64,000 bases of DNA from Bacteroidia bacterium (GTDB lineage: Bacteria > Bacteroidota > Bacteroidia > M30B66), in contig OZ257142.1 in the NCBI GenBank assembly GCA_965279035.1, positions 1,184,001 through 1,248,000 on the forward strand, written 5' to 3'. Positions 39,514-50,155 of the stretch are shown piece by piece. The position numbers and the translations under genes are program-made. How positions within the stretch are numbered: the first letter of the stretch is position 1; the number at the start of each line of letters is the position of its first letter. The notes beneath the pieces are model-generated. The model made no database searches. It worked only from the letters and a program-made list of their open reading frames with translations, and was not told the origin of the DNA.

Positions 39514-39599
39514 GTTTTTGTTTGGGATGACAAATTTAAGCAGTGCGAGTCACATTAAGCCATTTGTCTAATAATGTTCAATGTGAACGAGAGAAAATG

Positions 39600-39624
39600 A
39601 AAAAAGCCGCATATAGCGGCTTTT
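39600..39624 (-). terminator. Rho-independent terminator of the tRNA-Leu transcript
   Basis: AAAAGCCGC-tatat-GCGGCTTTTTT on the minus strand. Confidence 0.8.
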
Positions 39625-39665
39625 AGATAAAGAGCAGTGATTTACAAATCACTTTTGAAAAGTAC

Positions 39666-39746
39666 TCGGAACGAACCCCAAGATTTGTACCCGGAGCGGT
39701 TTCCGATAGCTATCGGAACGAACCCCAAGATTTGTACCCGGAGCGG
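39666..39746. repeat. 34-bp direct repeat (39666-39699 and 39713-39746) derived from the tRNA-Leu 3' end, with an 18-bp perfect palindrome (39701-39718)
   Basis: TCGGAACGAACCCCAAGATTTGTACCCGGAGCGG occurs twice at 47-bp period; TTCCGATAGCTATCGGAA is self-complementary. Confidence 0.92.
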
Positions 39747-39819
39747 GAATCGAACCCGCACGATCGCAATGATCACAGGATTTTAAGTCCTGCGTGTCTA
39801 CCAATTCCACCATCCGGGC
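39735..39819 (-). tRNA. tRNA-Leu (TAA)
   Basis: GCCCGGATGGTGGAATTGGTAGACACG-CAGGA-CTTAAAA-TCCTG, long variable arm, GGGTTCGATTCCC-GCTCCGGGTA. CCA is not encoded. A -7 motif TACTTTTG lies at 39830-39837 (minus strand). Confidence 0.96.
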
Positions 39820-39957
39820 AACACGGGGGCAAAAGTATTATTTTTTTTAATCCTTGAAAGGGAAAGATGATAATTCTTAGTAAAAACGTTTATTAGCTTG
39901 TTTATGAGAGGTGTTAACTCTTAGATCTTATAAAATTGTGATTAATGATTGAACAAT

Positions 39958-40701
39958 TCATTTCACAACTGGTTCAATTTTCCGTTTCGCCTTACGGCTC
40001 TTTTTTCGTTCTGGATCTTCGTGGAAAAAATATTTTAAGTCGGCAGATAAGTAGGCTCCATTGAGATTTCCTGAAACAGAATTCTGTACAATTCCTTTAT
40101 TAATGTAATCGATTGCTAAACCGTAGATCGGTCCAAAGGGGCGATTCAATGTTGCCCCAAAATAAAAATAACCACTTTTAGGTGTCCGATATTCAAAGCC
40201 AATATTTGCAAGTAGGCTAGGGGTGAAGCTATGTTTTCGTCCTGCATATACACCCAAGAAGGAATCTCGTTTAATATCATCTGAAGGGAAAATATTTAGG
40301 CAAGCACCCGCACCCGCATTCATATATATACGTTCGCTTAGTTTAATGAAAATGAGCTGACTAAATGGAATTTCGTACCCAATGATTCGAAGTTTATTTG
40401 TCGTTGTTTTTGGCCCATATGTGCCACTCACGTTGAGGTTTCTGGCTACGTAATTAATCCCGAATTCGATAGATAATGTCTTTGTATAACCTTGTCTAAT
40501 GATCATTCCTGCAACGTAGCCAGAACCTGGTTTTACAGAATAACTATAACTGCTATCATTAAAAGTTTGAGTTCCAGTACCGAAAAATGAACTCGAAAAA
40601 AGTGGCTTAATTTGAAAGCCAACAGTTTTAATTTTTTCCTGAGCCGACACCGTCAACACCAATAAAAATAAGACGATGAAAATCGAACAGAATTTTTTCA
40701 T
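39958..40701 (-). CDS. Hypothetical outer-membrane beta-barrel protein
   Basis: Signal peptide ending in SAQ, amphipathic beta strands (IEFGINYV, GYEIP), and an aromatic last strand LKYFF followed by a basic tail. Confidence 0.6.
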   Translation of the reverse strand: MKKFCSIFIVLFLLVLTVSAQEKIKTVGFQIKPLFSSSFFGTGTQTFNDSSYSYSVKPGSGYVAGMIIRQGYTKTLSIEFGINYVARNLNVSGTYGPKTTTNKLRIIGYEIPFSQLIFIKLSERIYMNAGAGACLNIFPSDDIKRDSFLGVYAGRKHSFTPSLLANIGFEYRTPKSGYFYFGATLNRPFGPIYGLAIDYINKGIVQNSVSGNLNGAYLSADLKYFFHEDPERKKSRKAKRKIEPVVK

Positions 40702-40706
40702 GTCAA

Positions 40707-41915
40707 TTAGTGTGGACAGATAGAGTGAAGGATCTTTTGTGTAGCTCCTGTTTTGGATTCAACAAAATTAGAACAGATGTTGGATTTTTCTTTGAGTGTT
40801 ATTGGGTTTGAAATTTCATCAAAAACTTGAAGAAACTCAGTTCGAGTAGAAATAGAAAAACCTCCGCCAGCATGTATCAATTGTTCAGCTTCTAAAAACT
40901 TAGAATATTTAGGCCCGAAAATAACAGGTAAACCACAGGCTGCAGGCTCCAAAATATTATGCAATCCTTTTCCAAAAGCACCACCAACATAGGCTATTTT
41001 TCCTAATGAATATGCCGAAAGCAACATCCCCATATTATCTAAAATCAACACATCCGATTGCCCACCTTCTTGAATCAACTGAGAATACCGTTTGCACGAC
41101 CTTTTGCAATTCGTTTCTATTTCACGAATTCTTTCTTCCGAAATTTCATGCGGAGCAACAATAAGCGCCCATTCTTCCGAAATCCAAGGAAATACAATTG
41201 AATCATCTTCTGCCCAAGTACTTCCTGCAATAAGCGCCTTTCTCCCATTTAGCCAGTTTTCAATTTCAGGAAGTTTTGCTGGATGTTTTGCATTTGAAAA
41301 AACACGATCATAACGAGAATCACCACTAACAACAGTTCTTAAATAGCCTGCTTTATGAAGTAAGCTTTCAGATTCCACATCTTGAACATGAATTTCGGTA
41401 AAGCAATCCAGTTGTTTTCGGAACCAAGATCCCCAGAATTTGAAAAAATGTTGATTCTCTCTGAAACGCGAAGAAATGAGATAAGTTGGAATTGATTTTT
41501 CCTTTAAGGCTCTTAAATATCCAAACCAAAATTCATATTTCACTATCACAGCCAACTCGGGTTGTAAATAGTTTATAAAGTGATTTACATTTTTGGGTGT
41601 ATCAAGAGGCAAATAAATTACTTGATCAACTCCTGCATAGTTTTTTCGAATCTCATAACCTGATGGAGAGAAAAAACTAAGGACAATTTTAATTTCAGGT
41701 TTTTGAATTCTAAATGCTTCTATTACTGGTCTTCCTTGCTCAAATTCTCCTAAAGATGCACAGTGAAACCAAACCCATCGTTCTCCTTTTTGACGGAAAT
41801 TCCAAGCTTGGTTTTTCCTTCCTTTCAACCACTGTTTCGCTTTTTCTGATCGCCATGAAGCAATGAAAATAGCGATGCGATAAAACTGAATACCAATCTT
41901 ATAAAGGAAAAACAT
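40707..41915 (-). CDS. waaA: 3-deoxy-D-manno-octulosonic acid (Kdo) transferase
   Basis: WFHCASLGEFEQ, FFSPSG, YLPLD, KYEFW, GDSRYD, AGSTW, HNILEPA. Start refined to ATG 41915. Confidence 0.93.
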   Translation of the reverse strand: MFFLYKIGIQFYRIAIFIASWRSEKAKQWLKGRKNQAWNFRQKGERWVWFHCASLGEFEQGRPVIEAFRIQKPEIKIVLSFFSPSGYEIRKNYAGVDQVIYLPLDTPKNVNHFINYLQPELAVIVKYEFWFGYLRALKEKSIPTYLISSRFRENQHFFKFWGSWFRKQLDCFTEIHVQDVESESLLHKAGYLRTVVSGDSRYDRVFSNAKHPAKLPEIENWLNGRKALIAGSTWAEDDSIVFPWISEEWALIVAPHEISEERIREIETNCKRSCKRYSQLIQEGGQSDVLILDNMGMLLSAYSLGKIAYVGGAFGKGLHNILEPAACGLPVIFGPKYSKFLEAEQLIHAGGGFSISTRTEFLQVFDEISNPITLKEKSNICSNFVESKTGATQKILHSICPH

Positions 41916-41919
41916 AGGA

Positions 41920-42678
41920 TCAATAATAAAAGAAATCGGTCGAAGGTGCTTTATAAATCGGTAAAACCCAACCAAATCGAAATCCTAATGAGCCATCGTT
42001 TCGAATAGTATTATCGTGCAATCCGGTATTGTAATTAAATGAGCGACGATTTTCGTTTCGTGCATACAGATATTCAATTTGTACAAAGAAGTTAATCGTG
42101 CGATTATTACTCAGAAATAAATAGCCCAATGCCGGATTTATGGACCATCCATTACTTAATTGATCATATCCTTTTACATATTCTTTAGTAAGTGGCGGAA
42201 CATTCGCGTTGCGTTCAGTATCAATTCGAATTTTATGTTGAAGAAAGCCCATTCCCAATGTTGCATAAACTCCACAATTTTTATTTGGTCCTCCAATGGG
42301 AAATACTTTACCAATGCGGGCGTCAAACTGAATTCCTCGCATTAAATATTTGGCTTCATACAAGGTTCCATCTGCTCCAATAACAAATCCGTCATCAACT
42401 ATTATATTACTGAGCATGTCTTTTTGCTTGACGATTCCTCCAAAGAGGAAATTCCCATTTACTCCCCAAATAAGCCCTGAGCGTTGTTTTCTTAAATAAG
42501 CTAAACCAACAGAACTAAAATCTCCAAAACGTTTGGCAAGATCAGCAGTCGGAATTTGCCATGCATAACTCACATTCACCGTTGAAAATGAAAGAAGAGA
42601 ATCTTTCACATTCACTTGAGAATATAATGAGTATGAGGAAATTAAAATTGAAAAAAGGACGAGTGAAATTCTCTTCAT
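41920..42678 (-). CDS. Conserved Bacteroidota hypothetical outer-membrane protein
   Basis: Signal peptide, DLAKRFG, GFLQHKIRI, GYDQLSNG and a barrel-like C-terminus. A -7 motif TATCTTTG lies at 42685-42692 (minus strand). Confidence 0.6.
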   Translation of the reverse strand: MKRISLVLFSILISSYSLYSQVNVKDSLLSFSTVNVSYAWQIPTADLAKRFGDFSSVGLAYLRKQRSGLIWGVNGNFLFGGIVKQKDMLSNIIVDDGFVIGADGTLYEAKYLMRGIQFDARIGKVFPIGGPNKNCGVYATLGMGFLQHKIRIDTERNANVPPLTKEYVKGYDQLSNGWSINPALGYLFLSNNRTINFFVQIEYLYARNENRRSFNYNTGLHDNTIRNDGSLGFRFGWVLPIYKAPSTDFFYY

Positions 42679-42766
42679 GTTGGGCAAAGATATCGAGATT
42701 GTGAACGTTGATGTTAAACGAAAGCTGATCTCTTAAAATATGTATCTTCGCACAAATTTTTTTAGC

Positions 42767-43900
42767 TTGGAAAAGATTCAAATGGTTGACCTGAAAGCTC
42801 AGTATCGGCGCATCAAAGCCGAGGTTGATCAAGCAATTCAGGAAGTAATCGACACGACTACATTTATCAATGGACCAGCAGTTCATGAATTTCAAAAGGA
42901 CCTTGAAAATTATTTAGGAGTAAAGCATGTGATTCCCTGTGCAAACGGAACGGATGCTCTTCAAATCGCGATGATGGCACTCGGCTTTAAACCGGGCGAT
43001 GAAGTAATTACTGCGAGTTTCACGTATGTAGCAACGGCCGAAGTCATTGCTTTACTTGGACTCAAGCCTGTTTTAGTTGATGTTGATCCTCAAACCTTCA
43101 ACATTGATCCTCAAGCACTGGAAAAAGCGATCACAAGTAAAACTGTTGCGATTGTTCCTGTTCATTTATTCGGTCAATGTGCCGATATGGACAAGATTAT
43201 GGAAATCGCTGCAAGACACAACATATATGTAATTGAAGATACAGCTCAAGCAATTGGAGCTGAATACACTTCCAAAGATGGTTCGGTAAAAAAAGCTGGA
43301 ACCATAGGAACCATCGGAGCTACATCATTTTTTCCTTCAAAAAACCTAGGATGTTATGGCGATGGTGGAGCTCTTTATACCAATGATGATAAATTGGCAG
43401 AACGCCTTCGAATGATTGCGAATCATGGTCAGCGCGTTCGTTATTATCACGATGATATTGGTGTGAATTCACGACTTGACTCCATTCAAGCTGCCATTCT
43501 TAGAGTTAAACTGCGCGAATTAGATCATTATGCTGCTGCTCGCCAGAAATTGGCTGATGCATATGATGCCGCATTTGCACAAACAGGAAAATTAATCACA
43601 CCAGTTAGAGCTACAAATTCAACTCACGTATTTCATCAATATACCTTGCAAGTGAATGGAGTTGATCGGGATAAAATGAGGGAATTCCTCGAATCGAAAG
43701 GCGTTCCAGCTATGATTTATTACCCTGTTCCATTGCATATGCAAAAAGCCTATCTCGATCCTCGTTATAAGGCGGGCGATTTTCCAGTAACAGAAAAGCT
43801 TTGCTCAACTGTGATTTCACTACCTATGCATACAGAAATGCAAAACGATCAATTGGAATTGATTATTTCTTCTGTTCTCGAATTCATCAAGTCAAACTGA
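42767..43900 (+). CDS. DegT/DnrJ/EryC1/StrS sugar aminotransferase (WbpE/PorR-like)
   Basis: IQMVDLKAQY, CANGTDAL, IEDTAQAIG, SFFPSKNLGCYGDGG, NSRLD. Start is probably TTG 42767; the ORF track gives 42740. Confidence 0.92.
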   Translation: MEKIQMVDLKAQYRRIKAEVDQAIQEVIDTTTFINGPAVHEFQKDLENYLGVKHVIPCANGTDALQIAMMALGFKPGDEVITASFTYVATAEVIALLGLKPVLVDVDPQTFNIDPQALEKAITSKTVAIVPVHLFGQCADMDKIMEIAARHNIYVIEDTAQAIGAEYTSKDGSVKKAGTIGTIGATSFFPSKNLGCYGDGGALYTNDDKLAERLRMIANHGQRVRYYHDDIGVNSRLDSIQAAILRVKLRELDHYAAARQKLADAYDAAFAQTGKLITPVRATNSTHVFHQYTLQVNGVDRDKMREFLESKGVPAMIYYPVPLHMQKAYLDPRYKAGDFPVTEKLCSTVISLPMHTEMQNDQLELIISSVLEFIKSN

Positions 43901-43901
43901 T

Positions 43902-45224
43902 ATGAAAAATATCGCTGTAATAGGTACCGGTTATGTTGGACTGGTTACTGGCACTTGTCTCGCCGAAACTGGAAACAATGTTATTTGTGTTGACATTGAT
44001 AAAGATAAAATAGCCAAACTCAAGAAAGGCACTGTTACTATTTATGAGCCTCAATTGGATGTGGTTTTTGAACGTAACTTAAAGCAAGGCCGTTTACATT
44101 TTACAACCGACTTAAAAGAAGCTATTGATGCTTCCGAATTGGTTTTTCTTGCTTTACCAACACCTCCTGGTGAAGATGGTTCTGCCGATTTATCCTATAT
44201 TCTTGGAGTTTCAGAAAATATTGGTCACCTTTTGACTGATTCCTATAAAATCATCATAGATAAAAGTACCGTTCCTGTTGGAACTGCCGAAAAAGTTCAC
44301 AAGGCTTTAGCTAAGAATGCAAAAGCAGAATTTGATGTAGTTTCAAATCCAGAATTTTTGCGTGAAGGTTTTGCGGTTGAAGATTTCATGAAACCCGATC
44401 GTGTAGTGATTGGAACTTCTTCATCGCGTGCTCGCAAAATCATGGAAGAATTATACTTGCCTTTTGTTCGTCAAGGAAATCCTATCCTTTTTATGGATGA
44501 GCGTTCGGCCGAGTTGACTAAATACGCTGCGAATTCTTTTCTCGCAACCAAAATCTCGTTCATGAATGAGATTGCCAATTTGTGCGAGTTACTCGGTGCT
44601 GATGTTGATCAAGTACGAATGGGAATTGGTTCGGATGAACGTATTGGTAAACGATTCCTTTTTCCAGGTATCGGTTACGGAGGAAGTTGTTTCCCGAAAG
44701 ATGTTCAAGCATTGGTGAAATCGGCGAGTGATGTGAATTACAATTTCAGCATTTTGCATTCGGTGATGGAAGTCAACGAAAAGCAAAAGGTGAAGTTGAT
44801 GCCTAAAATCAATAAGTTCTTCAACAATGAATTAAAAGGGAAGCGCATTGCTTTATGGGGATTGGCTTTCAAACCCGACACAGACGATATTCGCGAAGCT
44901 CCAGCACTTTATATTATTGATGATTTGCTTGCTGCAGGAGCTCAAGTGATAGCATATGATCCAGAAGCTATGGATAATGTGAAACGGCTTGGGAAAAAAA
45001 TTGAGTTTGCAAAAGGGCAATACGAAGCACTTGAAGGAGCTGATGCTTTGGTAATATGTACCGAATGGGCAGCATTTCGGACTCCCGATTTCGACAAAAT
45101 GATTTCTCTCATTAAGCATAAAGTAATTTTTGATGGGCGGAATCTCTATTCAATCGATCAAATCAAAAAATTAGGCCTAAGCTATTTCAGTATCGGTCGT
45201 AAATCTGTTCGCAAAGCAAAATGA
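43902..45224 (+). CDS. ugd: UDP-glucose 6-dehydrogenase
   Basis: [45 protein letters not shown]. Confidence 0.92.
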   Translation: MKNIAVIGTGYVGLVTGTCLAETGNNVICVDIDKDKIAKLKKGTVTIYEPQLDVVFERNLKQGRLHFTTDLKEAIDASELVFLALPTPPGEDGSADLSYILGVSENIGHLLTDSYKIIIDKSTVPVGTAEKVHKALAKNAKAEFDVVSNPEFLREGFAVEDFMKPDRVVIGTSSSRARKIMEELYLPFVRQGNPILFMDERSAELTKYAANSFLATKISFMNEIANLCELLGADVDQVRMGIGSDERIGKRFLFPGIGYGGSCFPKDVQALVKSASDVNYNFSILHSVMEVNEKQKVKLMPKINKFFNNELKGKRIALWGLAFKPDTDDIREAPALYIIDDLLAAGAQVIAYDPEAMDNVKRLGKKIEFAKGQYEALEGADALVICTEWAAFRTPDFDKMISLIKHKVIFDGRNLYSIDQIKKLGLSYFSIGRKSVRKAK

Positions 45225-46207
45225 AACACGATATCAGAGGTAAACGCGTCCTAATTACAGGTGCAGCAGGATTTTTAGGTTCACATTTGTGTGATCGTTT
45301 CATGGCAGAAGGCTGTTATGTTGTTGGTATGGATAACCTGATTACAGGAAGTCTTCAAAATATCGAGCATCTCTTTAAAGAAGAACGTTTCGAATTTTAC
45401 CATCACGATATTTCCAAATTCGTTTTCGTTCCCGGAAACATCGATTATATCTTGCATTTCGCTTCACCTGCGAGTCCGATAGATTACCTTAAAATTCCCA
45501 TTCAAACTTTGAAAGTAGGTTCTTTAGGAACACACAATCTTCTTGGTTTAGCTCGTGTGAAAGGCGCTCGGATGATTATTGCATCCACTTCTGAAGTATA
45601 TGGTGATCCAACTATTCATCCTCAAACCGAAGATTATTGGGGGAATGTAAATCCCATTGGTCCACGTGGAGTTTACGATGAAGCAAAACGTTTTCAAGAA
45701 GCTATCACCATGGCTTATCATACATTTCATGGTGTAGAAACCCGAATCGTTCGTATTTTCAATACCTACGGACCACGTATGCGACTCAATGATGGACGCG
45801 CTCTTCCTGCTTTTATGGGACAGGCTTTACGTGGCGAAGATATTACCGTGTTTGGTGATGGTAGTCAAACTCGCTCGTTTTGTTATGTGGATGATTTAAT
45901 CGAAGGCATCTACCGTTTGCTTTTAAGCGATTATGCATTCCCAGTAAACATTGGTAATCCGGATGAAATTAGCATTCGTGATTTTGCTGAGGAAATTATC
46001 AAACTTACCGGTACAGATCAGAAAATAGTTTACAAACCGTTGCCTCAAGACGATCCCAAACAACGTCAACCCGATATTACAAAAGCGCGCGAAATTCTAG
46101 GTTGGGAACCAAAAGTGCCACGCAGCGAAGGAATGAAACATACTTGGGATTATTTTAAAGCGCTACCTGAGTGGATTATTACTCCACGTAGTTTTACTTC
46201 TGCTTGA
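45221..46207 (+). CDS. UDP-glucuronic acid decarboxylase (UDP-xylose synthase) family SDR
   Basis: [52 protein letters not shown]. Confidence 0.92.
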   Translation: MKHDIRGKRVLITGAAGFLGSHLCDRFMAEGCYVVGMDNLITGSLQNIEHLFKEERFEFYHHDISKFVFVPGNIDYILHFASPASPIDYLKIPIQTLKVGSLGTHNLLGLARVKGARMIIASTSEVYGDPTIHPQTEDYWGNVNPIGPRGVYDEAKRFQEAITMAYHTFHGVETRIVRIFNTYGPRMRLNDGRALPAFMGQALRGEDITVFGDGSQTRSFCYVDDLIEGIYRLLLSDYAFPVNIGNPDEISIRDFAEEIIKLTGTDQKIVYKPLPQDDPKQRQPDITKAREILGWEPKVPRSEGMKHTWDYFKALPEWIITPRSFTSA

Positions 46208-46212
46208 TCTAT

Positions 46213-46791
46213 ATGGATTATTACGCTCATCCAACTGCTATTATTGATGAAGGTTGTATCATTGGAAAAGGTACTAAAATCTGGCATTTTGCTCATGTAA
46301 TGCCCAATTGTAGGTTGGGTGAAAATTGCAATCTGGGTCAAAATGTTGTGATCTCTCCACAGGTAGTCTTAGGCAATAATGTTAAAGTTCAAAATAACGT
46401 CTCAATTTATACGGGTGTTATTTGTGATGATGATGTATTTCTAGGACCATCCATGGTTTTTACAAATGTGATCAATCCTAGAAGTGCAGTGAATAGACGC
46501 GATCAATACCTTAAAACACATGTTGGTCGTGGAGCTTCCATTGGTGCAAATGCTACCATTGTTTGTGGTCACGACATCGGCGAATTTGCTTTTATTGGCG
46601 CAGGTGCCGTTGTCACAAAGACAGTTCCTGCCTACGCTTTGGTTATTGGAAATCCCGCTCGTCAAACTGGATGGATGAGCACCTATGGACATAAGCTGAA
46701 ATTCAATGAACAAGGAATTGCCATTTGTCCCGAAAGTGGTGAGAACTATAAGCTCCAAAATGGCGCTGTTACAAATCTCGGTAAACAATGA
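46213..46791 (+). CDS. Hexapeptide-repeat N-acetyltransferase (WbpD-like)
   Basis: [38 protein letters not shown]. Confidence 0.9.
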   Translation: MDYYAHPTAIIDEGCIIGKGTKIWHFAHVMPNCRLGENCNLGQNVVISPQVVLGNNVKVQNNVSIYTGVICDDDVFLGPSMVFTNVINPRSAVNRRDQYLKTHVGRGASIGANATIVCGHDIGEFAFIGAGAVVTKTVPAYALVIGNPARQTGWMSTYGHKLKFNEQGIAICPESGENYKLQNGAVTNLGKQ

Positions 46792-47822
46792 TTTTGAACA
46801 ATAAAGTAAAATTTGCAGTCATCGGTGCAGGTCATATTGGTAAGCGTCATGCTGAAATGATTTTGCGAAATCCAGAAGCTGAACTTGTTGCCATTTGTGA
46901 TATTCTTCCTAAAGAAAATTTAGGGCTTGATGCTTTTGATGTTCCATATTTCGATTCTGCTGAAGCGATGTTTCAAGCAGGACTTGATTTCGATGTTGTG
47001 AATGTTTGTTCTCCCAATGGTTTACATTCCAAACATGCTATTTTAGCATTGGAAAATAGAAAACACATTGTGTGTGAAAAACCAATGGGACTTTCCAAAG
47101 CGGAATGCGAAAATGTTATTTACACGGCACTTCGCGTTTCTCGTCAAGTGTTTTGTGTGATGCAAAACCGCTATTCACCACCATCTATCTGGATTAAGGA
47201 TGTTATTGAACGGCGCTTATTGGGCGAAATATTCATGGTTCAATTAAACTGCTATTGGAATCGCGACGATCGATATTATAAAAAAGGCTCTTGGAAAGGA
47301 ACACCTGATTTAGATGGCGGAACCCTCTTTACACAGTTCAGTCATTTTATCGATATCATGTTTTGGCTCTTTGGTGATATCAAAGACATTCAAGCGAAAT
47401 TCAACGACTTCAACCATCAAAATTCAACAGCATTTGAAGATTCGGGTTTTGTTACTTTCAATTTCCACAATGGTGGGATGGGAGCTATAAATTACTCTAC
47501 CTCAGTTTGGGATTCGAATCTCGAAAGCTCTATTACCATCATTGGTGAAAAAGGAAGCATTAAGATTGGCGGTCAATACATGAATGAAGTGGAGTATTGT
47601 CACATCAAAGATTACGAAATGCCTCAACTAGCTCCTGCGAATCCAGCTAACGATTACGGAGCATACAAAGGTTCGGCAGCCAATCATCATTACATAATTC
47701 AAAATGTGATTGATACACTTAAAGGACATACAAGCGCTACAACTAACGCTATGGAAGGACTTAAAGTAGTTGAAATCATTGAACGCATATACGAGTTACG
47801 CACATTAAAAAAATTACAATGA
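46788..47822 (+). CDS. Gfo/Idh/MocA oxidoreductase (WbpB-like sugar 3-dehydrogenase)
   Basis: [40 protein letters not shown]. Confidence 0.88.
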   Translation: MILNNKVKFAVIGAGHIGKRHAEMILRNPEAELVAICDILPKENLGLDAFDVPYFDSAEAMFQAGLDFDVVNVCSPNGLHSKHAILALENRKHIVCEKPMGLSKAECENVIYTALRVSRQVFCVMQNRYSPPSIWIKDVIERRLLGEIFMVQLNCYWNRDDRYYKKGSWKGTPDLDGGTLFTQFSHFIDIMFWLFGDIKDIQAKFNDFNHQNSTAFEDSGFVTFNFHNGGMGAINYSTSVWDSNLESSITIIGEKGSIKIGGQYMNEVEYCHIKDYEMPQLAPANPANDYGAYKGSAANHHYIIQNVIDTLKGHTSATTNAMEGLKVVEIIERIYELRTLKKLQ

Positions 47823-49117
47823 GTTCTATCTACCAGAATCTTATTGAGAAGAAAGATTCTCTTGCCGTTGTTGGTCTTGGTTATGTTGGTTTGCCTATTG
47901 CCCTTGAGTTTGCGCGCAATATTCAAGTAATTGGATTTGATATCAACGAATCTCGCGTTGAAAAAATGCGAAATCGAATCGATCCCAGTGAAGAATTAAG
48001 TGCTGAAGAATTCGATGGATGTGATATCACTTTTACAGCAGATTCTGAAGTTCTAAGGAAAGCACGTTTTTTCATCGTAGCAGTTCCTACTCCAATCGAT
48101 GAACACAATCTTCCGGATTTAAAACCACTTTTATCGGCAACACGTTCGGTAGCTTCGGCGTTAAAAAAAGGTGATTATGTTGTCTACGAATCAACCGTTT
48201 ATCCTGGATGTACAGAGGAAGATTGTATTCCTCTTCTTGAGCAAATCTCAGGATTGAAATTCAATGAGGATTTCAAAGTGGGTTATTCTCCCGAACGAAT
48301 CAATCCGGGCGATCGTGAACATACATTAGCTAAAATCATCAAGGTTGTTAGTGGTTGTGATGCTGAATCGCTTGATAACATTGCTAAAACCTACGAAATA
48401 GTTGTAAAAGCAGGTGTTCACCGTGCTGCATCTATTAAAGTGGCCGAAGCAGCTAAAATTATTGAAAACACGCAACGCGATTTGAACATTGCATTGATGA
48501 ACGAATTGTCCATGATTTTTGGCCAAATGGGAATCAATACATATGATGTTCTTGAAGCTGCTGGTACCAAATGGAATTTCCTTCGATTCCTTCCCGGTTT
48601 AGTTGGCGGACATTGCATTGGTGTGGATCCATATTACCTCACTTTCAAAGCGAAAGAAGTTGGTCATAATGCTCAAGTTATCCTTGCAGGTCGTTCGGTT
48701 AACGATGGAATGGGAGCTTATGTAGCCGGTAAAGTGGTGAAGAAAATGGTGGCTCAAGGTGTTGACATTGCCAAAGGTCGCGTATTGATTATGGGCGCTA
48801 CGTTCAAAGAAAATGTTTCGGATATTCGGAATTCTAAAGTAGCTGATGTAGTCAAAGAATTTATCGAGTTTGGTGTTCATGTCGATATTATTGATCCTCA
48901 TGCGAGCTCTGAAGAATTTCAACATGAATACGGATTTGAAATTGTTCAAAATGCAAATGGGATATACGATGCTATTGTTGTAGCCGTTAATCATACCGAT
49001 TACGTGGGTTTACCCGAATCTTATTTCTCAAACCTTTTAACCAAACAAGGAATCGTCGCCGACATCAAAGGTGTTTACCGCGGGAAATTAACGCAGATTA
49101 AGTATTGGAGTTTATAA
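47819..49117 (+). CDS. UDP-N-acetylhexosamine 6-dehydrogenase (WbpA/WbpO/TviB-like)
   Basis: VGLGYVGLP, AVPTP, YESTVYPG, YSPERINPG, GGHCIGVDP, TFKENVSDIRNS. Confidence 0.9.
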   Translation: MSSIYQNLIEKKDSLAVVGLGYVGLPIALEFARNIQVIGFDINESRVEKMRNRIDPSEELSAEEFDGCDITFTADSEVLRKARFFIVAVPTPIDEHNLPDLKPLLSATRSVASALKKGDYVVYESTVYPGCTEEDCIPLLEQISGLKFNEDFKVGYSPERINPGDREHTLAKIIKVVSGCDAESLDNIAKTYEIVVKAGVHRAASIKVAEAAKIIENTQRDLNIALMNELSMIFGQMGINTYDVLEAAGTKWNFLRFLPGLVGGHCIGVDPYYLTFKAKEVGHNAQVILAGRSVNDGMGAYVAGKVVKKMVAQGVDIAKGRVLIMGATFKENVSDIRNSKVADVVKEFIEFGVHVDIIDPHASSEEFQHEYGFEIVQNANGIYDAIVVAVNHTDYVGLPESYFSNLLTKQGIVADIKGVYRGKLTQIKYWSL

Positions 49118-49118
49118 A

Positions 49119-50153
49119 ATGAATCAAGCTTTACCATGCATACTTGTTACCGGAGGAATGGGATACATCGGATCTCATACTGTCGTTGCCTTATTTAATC
49201 AAGGGTATGATGTGGTAATTGCCGATAATCTGTGTAATTCAAATCTTTTTATTCTTGATAGAATTGAATCGATTTCTGGAAAGCGTCCCCGATATTATCA
49301 GATAGATTTATGTGATAAGCCAGCTGTATCAGACCTTTTCCAAAAAGAAACTTCGATTAAAGCAGTCATTCATTTTGCAGCCTTAAAAGCAGTAGGTGAA
49401 TCGGTAAAATTCCCCATGCTTTATTACCGCAATAATATTGGCTCATTAATCACTTTGTTAGAAGTGATGGAAGCTAACGCGGTAAAAAACATCGTGTTTT
49501 CATCTAGCTGTACAGTGTATGGAGAACCAGATTTATTGCCTGTAACTGAAAATACCCCTATTAAAGCAGCACTTTCTCCGTATGGAAATACGAAACAAAT
49601 AGGGGAAGAAATTTTAGTAGATCAAGCAAAAGCGGCCAATACACATTGCATTGCATTACGTTATTTCAATCCTGTTGGAGCTCATAGTTCAGCCTTAATA
49701 GGAGAATTTCCCAATGGAACTCCTAATAATCTAGTTCCATTTATCACGCAATCGGCCATTGGAAAACTTGGTCCTTTGAATGTTTTTGGTAACAACTACA
49801 ATACTCCCGACGGTACTTGCATTCGCGATTATATTCATGTTGAGGACGTTGCTAGTGCTCATGTTGCTGCCATGAATCGTTTACTCAAAGGCAATCAAGC
49901 AGAAAATTTCGAAGTGTTCAATATTGGGACTGGACAGGGAAATACAGTGTTGGAAGTGATTCAAGCATTTGAGAAAACTAGTGGAACAAAACTACAATAC
50001 ACGATATGTGATCGCAGGGAAGGTGACATTGAAAAAGTATTTGCCGATACAACGCGTTCAAATGAAATCCTCGGCTGGAAAGCTGAAAAAAATATCCAAG
50101 AAATGATGGCTTCGGCTTGGGCTTGGGAAAAACAATTATCGAATAATCCTTGA
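49119..50153 (+). CDS. galE: UDP-glucose 4-epimerase
   Basis: TGGMGYIGSHT, HFAALKAVGES, YGNTK, LRYFNPVGAH, DGTCIRDYIHV. Confidence 0.94.
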   Translation: MNQALPCILVTGGMGYIGSHTVVALFNQGYDVVIADNLCNSNLFILDRIESISGKRPRYYQIDLCDKPAVSDLFQKETSIKAVIHFAALKAVGESVKFPMLYYRNNIGSLITLLEVMEANAVKNIVFSSSCTVYGEPDLLPVTENTPIKAALSPYGNTKQIGEEILVDQAKAANTHCIALRYFNPVGAHSSALIGEFPNGTPNNLVPFITQSAIGKLGPLNVFGNNYNTPDGTCIRDYIHVEDVASAHVAAMNRLLKGNQAENFEVFNIGTGQGNTVLEVIQAFEKTSGTKLQYTICDRREGDIEKVFADTTRSNEILGWKAEKNIQEMMASAWAWEKQLSNNP

Positions 50154-50155
50154 TT

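Noticed and set aside
39666-39746. 34-bp direct repeats as a possible CRISPR array
   Set aside because: Only two copies, a 13-nt gap, sequence derived from the tRNA 3' end, and no cas genes.
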